From Candidatus Bathyarchaeia archaeon (lineage in GTDB: Archaea > Thermoproteota > Bathyarchaeia > Bathyarchaeales > Bathycorpusculaceae), in NCBI GenBank assembly GCA_038882955.1, contig JAVZNC010000002.1, positions 192,001-256,000 on the forward strand: a stretch of DNA of 64,000 nucleotides, read 5' to 3'. A program made the position numbers and the translations under genes. The notes beneath the pieces were generated by a model, which had not been told where the DNA came from, did no database searches, and was given only the letters and a program-made list of their open reading frames with translations. Below, piece by piece: positions 59,432 through 64,000 of this stretch. The stretch's first letter is position 1. The number at the start of each line of letters is the position of its first letter.

Positions 59432-60049
59432 TTAATGCAAAAGGGAATTAATTAACACCCAAAAAATAATTATTAAAACAAATTCCCCAATTATGCCAAA
59501 AACAAGCAAGTCAATTGCCATATCTTCATCTCTATCTTTTGTTCCAAGGTAGCCGATTATTCCGCCGATTAATCCAAAAAGAAATGCAACCAAATACCAC
59601 GCTGTGGACGGTTTTTCAACTAAATCATGTTCCTCGCTATAAAGTCGTGAAAGGTATTTTTGTGAGTCAAACACTTCGGGGTTTTTCTCGAGTTCTCTTA
59701 AGTCGTTTATTTTGCTTTCAAGTCTTCTTACAGACCTTAAATAAGATTCCTCACTAATTTTACCTTCAGCGAAGAAAACTGACAATTTTTCAATACTTTT
59801 CTGATACTTGTATATTTCTTGATTTATTCTGGTTATTTGACTTATTTTCCCCAGCTCTTTTTCGCTTCCAAAGCCAAGATAATCACAACTAATTTCACAA
59901 GTTTCTCGAGATGGACACATATAGCAACAAAAATTCCACTTTTCATTTACACAAAATTCATCTCTTAATGCTCTGCCCTCTGGATTCTTCACTATCGCTT
60001 TGCATGAACCATCATCAGATAGGTACTCACATTTTACTCTCTTCGTCAC
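59432..60049 (-). CDS. Hypothetical membrane protein: Cys-rich N-terminus, coiled coil, C-terminal TM hairpin
   Basis: Eight-Cys N-terminal domain, GKISEESY SHOCT-like segment, WYL...GLIGGIIGY hydrophobic hairpin. Confidence 0.7.
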   Translation of the reverse strand: MTKRVKCEYLSDDGSCKAIVKNPEGRALRDEFCVNEKWNFCCYMCPSRETCEISCDYLGFGSEKELGKISQITRINQEIYKYQKSIEKLSVFFAEGKISEESYLRSVRRLESKINDLRELEKNPEVFDSQKYLSRLYSEEHDLVEKPSTAWYLVAFLFGLIGGIIGYLGTKDRDEDMAIDLLVFGIIGEFVLIIIFWVLINSLLH

Positions 60050-60383
60050 ACTATCCGTTGGTGGTCTGGTAAATTGTCTTCCACTCCCTTTAATTCATTA
60101 AAAATAGTATTAGCTCTTCTTAAATGGTTTGTTAAACAACAACATAAATTAGTTATTAAATGTAAAGCAGTGCTAAATTAAAAGAAGTTTTATATGCAAA
60201 GCGACTTGACAGTTTTAAACGATAGTATAAACCTAATTCCCCGCACTTTTTAGCCATTATTAAATGCAGCTTCCTACTTTGGCGCGTAGGGAAGAAACTG
60301 CGCGTGTTTCCATTAATTTTTTGGGTCTCATTCAAAAGCGTGCGGCGCATCAAATTGGAATGATGGATAAAAGGGTCTAATGG

Positions 60384-61493
60384 TCATTGTAGTTCCTTTA
60401 TGGTGGTTTTTGTTAAGGCCCTTATGTTGTTGAACTCTGCAAGTTCTCCATAACCTACAAGCGTTATGGCTGTTCCTTCGCGCCCCATTCTGGCTGTGCG
60501 ACCTATTCTGTGAAAATAGACTAATGCATCTAGTGGGACATCATAGTTTATTATGTGGGTTATTCCTTGAATGTCCAAGCCTCTTGCGGCAACATCAGTT
60601 GCAACAAGCAATTTCAGTTTTCCATTTCTGAAAGAATTAATTACGAGGTCTCTTTGAGGTTGCGTTAAACCGGCATGTAATGGTTTTGCGTCGTATCCTC
60701 TGGTTTTCAGTTTGTCAGCGAGGGTGCTTGTGTCCGCGCGTGTTTTGCAGAATATTATTGCGCGGTCTATGTGGTTTTCGTTTAAAATGTTGCATAGCGT
60801 TTCGAATTTGTTGTGAGGGTTTACAACCATGTAATATTGGCTTATTTGTGTTAGGGCTATTTCATCTTTGCTTACGAGTATCTTTTCTGGGTTTTTCATG
60901 TATCTGCTACATATTCTCATTACTGGCTGGTCTATTGTCGCTGAGAAAAGGCTTGTCTGCCTGTTTGACGGCGTCCTTGCAAGTATGTATTCGATGTCGT
61001 CTATAAAGCCCATGTCAAGCATTCTGTCCGCTTCGTCGAGAACTACGATCTTTACTGAAGAAAGATTTAGAATGCGCCGTTTAAGCAAGTCGATTATGCG
61101 GCCTGGCGTGCCCACGACAATTTGAACGCCTTGTTTCAGCGCGTGTATCTGCTTCCCTATAGGTTCTCCTCCATAAACTTGCAAAACTTTTAATCGCGCA
61201 TATTTTCCTAGTTGGCTAATGTGCTCTGCAACTTGGACAGCAAGCTCGCGTGTCGGCACCAACACCAAACCCTGCACACTTCTATCCTCCGGGTTCAACC
61301 GTTCAATCATTGGAACTCCGAAAGCCGCAGTCTTCCCAGTTCCCGTTTGCGCTTGGCCAATAACGTCTTTGCCTTCAAGCAACGGCATTATGGCTTGAGC
61401 TTGAATTGGAAAAAGATTATGGAATCCAAACTCTTCAACGCCTTTTAAAACCTCCATGCTTAAGGGTAAGTCTTTAAAGTTTCGTATTTGCAT
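60384..61493 (-). CDS. DEAD-box RNA helicase (minimal two-domain core)
   Basis: Q motif, AQTGTGKT, PTRELA, TPGR, DEADRMLDMGF, SAT, ARGLD, HRIGRTAR. Confidence 0.96.
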   Translation of the reverse strand: MQIRNFKDLPLSMEVLKGVEEFGFHNLFPIQAQAIMPLLEGKDVIGQAQTGTGKTAAFGVPMIERLNPEDRSVQGLVLVPTRELAVQVAEHISQLGKYARLKVLQVYGGEPIGKQIHALKQGVQIVVGTPGRIIDLLKRRILNLSSVKIVVLDEADRMLDMGFIDDIEYILARTPSNRQTSLFSATIDQPVMRICSRYMKNPEKILVSKDEIALTQISQYYMVVNPHNKFETLCNILNENHIDRAIIFCKTRADTSTLADKLKTRGYDAKPLHAGLTQPQRDLVINSFRNGKLKLLVATDVAARGLDIQGITHIINYDVPLDALVYFHRIGRTARMGREGTAITLVGYGELAEFNNIRALTKTTIKELQ

Positions 61494-61690
61494 ACTTTTT
61501 CATTTCTCCTGCCACAAAATTTTTCATGCATCTCGTTAAAAGCTTCAAAAGCTTTGTCAATTACATGAATTAATGTGACAACACTAAAGAGCATCGATTG
61601 TTTTATAAAAAGGTTTACTTTGTGAAGGAAAGAAAGAGCCGTGTTAACAGTTCGTTTCGAATTTTATAAGAGAATAATGCTGCATATAGG

Positions 61691-61783
61691 CGGGCGGGGT
61701 GGGATTTGAACCCACGACCACAAGCTTTCTTCTGGCTTATGGTTTAGGAGGCTTGCGCCCTATCCATGCTAGGCTACCCGCCC
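61691..61783 (-). tRNA. tRNA-Arg(CCT) with 18-nt intron at 37/38 (61727-61744)
   Basis: Reverse complement GGGCGGG...CAAGC-CT-CCT-A[intron]A-GCTTG...GTGGGTTCAAATCCCAC-CCCGCCC-G. Confidence 0.92.
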
Positions 61784-61878
61784 TGCAAGCATAACTTGGC
61801 TAAATTTAAATTTTAACTTAATGCTGTTTGTGTTCGCCAAAAGCTTAAACTATGCTGCGTTACCAAAAATAGTGCTGT

Positions 61879-62001
61879 GCGGGGGTACCCGAGCCAGGTC
61901 TAAATAGGCTACTTGGGGCACAGACCAGCCTAAGACAAGGGGGAGGACTTAAGATCCTCTGGCGTAGGCCTCCGTGGGTTCGAATCCCACCCCCCGCACC
62001 A
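61879..62001 (+). tRNA. tRNA-Leu(TAA) with 35-nt non-canonical D-arm intron (61904-61938)
   Basis: GAGGA-CTTAAGA-TCCTC anticodon arm; BHB-type GTCT/AGAC helix with AAA bulge and TAGGCT/AGCCTA outer helix; CCA encoded. Confidence 0.92.
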
Positions 62002-62286
62002 AAATTGAACCCAGTGAAGTGGAGCTTGTTCAGTTTGGTTTGTGGCTGCTTGGGGAAGGTGATAATAAAGTGCTTTTAGAGGACATTGAACTAAAAATCT
62101 AGGGGGGGTAGGTCGCTATTGGCTGATTTTCAGGTCAAAAATGGTGATTCTTGCTGGTGTGGTGTTCGTTGTATTTATAAGGAGGTTTGTGTATTTCTGA
62201 AGTGCGGTAACGTTGTGCTGTTAGAGGGCTAAGAACAGAGGCAACGTTACACAAGACTACAACGGTAAAAGCGGGGTGATGTATCA

Positions 62287-62571
62287 ATGTCTGAAAAGTC
62301 CGAAACAATACTTATTGGAAGAAAGCCTGCGATGAACTATGTCTTGGCAATTGTCACCAGCCTTTCAGCTTCTGACACCAAAGAGATAACAATAAAAGCA
62401 CGGGGTCGAGCAATCACAACAGCGGTTGACGTTGCAGAAATCGTGAGGAACAGATTCCTAAAAGACCTGAAAATAAGCAAGATATCTATCGGCACTGAGG
62501 AGATGCCGCCGAAACAGGGACAAAATAGGTCGCGAATGGTCTCAACGATGGAAATAACGCTTACAAAGTAG
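62287..62571 (+). CDS. albA: DNA/RNA-binding protein Alba
   Basis: IGRKPAMNYV, IKARGRAITTAVDVAE, IGTEE, VSTMEI.L. Confidence 0.95.
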   Translation: MSEKSETILIGRKPAMNYVLAIVTSLSASDTKEITIKARGRAITTAVDVAEIVRNRFLKDLKISKISIGTEEMPPKQGQNRSRMVSTMEITLTK

Positions 62572-62639
62572 GATTATTGAAAACAAAATGGAAACGGCGA
62601 TTGCCCTCACTTTTCTTTAATTTTATTTTGTTTATATTG

Positions 62640-63416
62640 TTAATGTGCGAGAGAGTCGCCGTACTGCGAGATGTCAGAAGCCTGTAGGATTTCTCTTCTT
62701 TTCACGATTTCCTTAAAATCAACGTAACCGCCACCAACTATCTTTAGTTTGGCGTCAACCTTCCTGCCTTTAATTTCCACGACGTTATATGAATTGCAAA
62801 AGAAGCCCCTCAATTTTTCACATGAGACACTTCCCGCATGAACCACGAGCATGTCCTCGATTTTCCATCGCCATGGTCTGTGGCGGTGTCCGCAGAGAAC
62901 CAAATCTACTTTAGACTTTACTAGACTTCTTAATACGTCGCCGGCATCCACAATTGTAATTTGGTCTGCTCCCGTATCTGGAACGGGAATGATGTGGTGG
63001 TGTATTGTCACTATTTTCACCTTATCCTTATACTCTTCGAGTGTTTTCTCAAGCCACAAATTTTGCCTATGTCCAACCTCGCCGTCATCCCTGTCTGGTC
63101 TTGCTGAACTGAGAACCACAATAACCGCATCATCGGTTTCCGTTACTTGTGAAAATGGGAAGAACTCTCGGAAGAGCAGATATCCAGTTGAACGGTAGTC
63201 GTGGTTTCCGCTTAAATATATCACCTTTTTAGTCTTCAGCCTTTTCAACTCTTTTGAGGCGTCAGTAAATTCAGATATTAAGCCATTTTCAGTTAAATCG
63301 CCAGTCACAAGAACAACATTGGGCGACAAGCCATTAATTTCTTTAATGGCCGTTCGTAAGGTTTCTCTCCGCAGCATTGGACCGCAATGGACGTCTGAAA
63401 TTTGGGCAAGCAACAT
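62640..63416 (-). CDS. Calcineurin-like metallophosphoesterase
   Basis: SDVH, TGDLT, GNHD, HHH, GHRH. Confidence 0.9.
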   Translation of the reverse strand: MLLAQISDVHCGPMLRRETLRTAIKEINGLSPNVVLVTGDLTENGLISEFTDASKELKRLKTKKVIYLSGNHDYRSTGYLLFREFFPFSQVTETDDAVIVVLSSARPDRDDGEVGHRQNLWLEKTLEEYKDKVKIVTIHHHIIPVPDTGADQITIVDAGDVLRSLVKSKVDLVLCGHRHRPWRWKIEDMLVVHAGSVSCEKLRGFFCNSYNVVEIKGRKVDAKLKIVGGGYVDFKEIVKRREILQASDISQYGDSLAH

Positions 63417-63428
63417 TCGTGATGCGCC

Positions 63429-64000
63429 TTATTCTCGACTTGCAAGTATCACGATGTAATCTGCAGTGTCTGCGCACATGTCTGCGGCGTACTCAATAAA
63501 CTCAACTAGATCATCAAAAATCACCATGGCGCCACAGTTCATTTTCTCCGAATATTTAATGAATAGCGCTTTCGTTTTCAGGTATTCCTCATCAATTTTA
63601 TGTTCAATTTCCTCAACTTTCTTTGCCCCTTGAATGGCTTCAGCGGGATTCGCTGTAATCTTTTCAATGCTTCCCCGTAATGCGTCAGCACATTCCACTA
63701 GTGTGGAAGTCATGCAAACGGTGTTATCCCACAGTTCTTTCGGTATGTCAGAATCAGAAAGCATTCTCACGCATCTTGCCACGTCCTTCACGTGATCCGC
63801 CAGAGTGTCAAGGCGTTTTACGAGGTGCATTAAATCTTCACGGTACTCAGCAAAAAGTGCAGCGCCCTTAGACAGTTCCTTAAAAACTTCCGTTCTTAAA
63901 CCGTCGACCTCCTTCTCCATCTTGAAGAGATTTTCGATGCTTTGAAGCGCCTCTTTCCTCTTTGCCTCTGATATGTTTTTCACTGCTTGATGAAGCAAAG
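63429..64000 (-). CDS. DUF47 / PhoU-like phosphate transport regulator (5' truncated by window)
   Basis: EKEVDGLR, REDLMHLVKRLD.LAD, EHKID, IE..AD.CAD.AD. Confidence 0.85.
   Translation of the reverse strand, partial: LLHQAVKNISEAKRKEALQSIENLFKMEKEVDGLRTEVFKELSKGAALFAEYREDLMHLVKRLDTLADHVKDVARCVRMLSDSDIPKELWDNTVCMTSTLVECADALRGSIEKITANPAEAIQGAKKVEEIEHKIDEEYLKTKALFIKYSEKMNCGAMVIFDDLVEFIEYAADMCADTADYIVILASRE

Noticed and set aside
60156-60353. 65-aa ORF downstream of the DEAD-box helicase
   Set aside because: No motif or other support; it cannot be distinguished from a chance ORF
58974-61998. Near-identical 3' ends of the two tRNA-Leu genes as attL/attR of an integrated element
   Set aside because: Both are complete tRNAs with different anticodons; the similarity is normal isoacceptor conservation and no integrase is present
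62207-62256. H/ACA guide RNA call for the alba leader hairpin
   Set aside because: ACA follows the stem but no clear K-turn/K-loop or pseudouridylation pocket is visible, so it is reported only as an unexplained hairpin
299-63871. Many short ORFs antisense to or nested in recognised genes (e.g. 2687-3223, 7579-8196, 25034-25675, 43938-44501)
   Set aside because: They are shadows of well-supported genes and have no recognisable motifs
1-64000. CRISPR arrays, IS elements, rRNA genes
   Set aside because: No regularly spaced repeats, transposase motifs or rRNA-like sequence were seen on reading

Overview
Archaeal chromosomal window, most consistent with a TACK archaeon such as Bathyarchaeia. 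This is inferred from the csl4-rpoL-tfs-pcn-priL...priS-gins15-rpl44e-rps27e-aIF2a-nop10 gene order, separate GINS15 and GINS23 genes, and BHB tRNA introns including a D-loop intron. Most genes are housekeeping (replication, transcription, translation, tRNA modification, nucleotide-sugar metabolism). A visibly AT-richer ~9 kb glycosyltransferase plus exosortase/archaeosortase block sits between priL and priS. The strongest candidate for an undescribed system is a glutamate/nitrogen locus at 27281-35081. It contains a canonical GDH, a stand-alone FMN glutamate-synthase domain protein, a Walker-A-dead KaiC/RecA-fold protein, a second GDH with an unrecognised tandemly duplicated N-terminal domain, and a 652-aa predicted ribbon-helix-helix plus V4R-like regulator. 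Three of its promoter regions carry clustered copies of a palindromic ATGWACAT-like box. Other oddities are an SHMT-like enzyme lacking the folate-binding elements, a catalytically dead nucleotide-sugar dehydrogenase, an integrin-alpha-like surface protein, a translin/EndoV/HD/tRNA-binding operon, a methyltransferase with an in-frame TGA, and three tRNAs (two with introns). No CRISPR array, transposase or intein was seen. All family calls come from motif recognition by eye; no searches were run.
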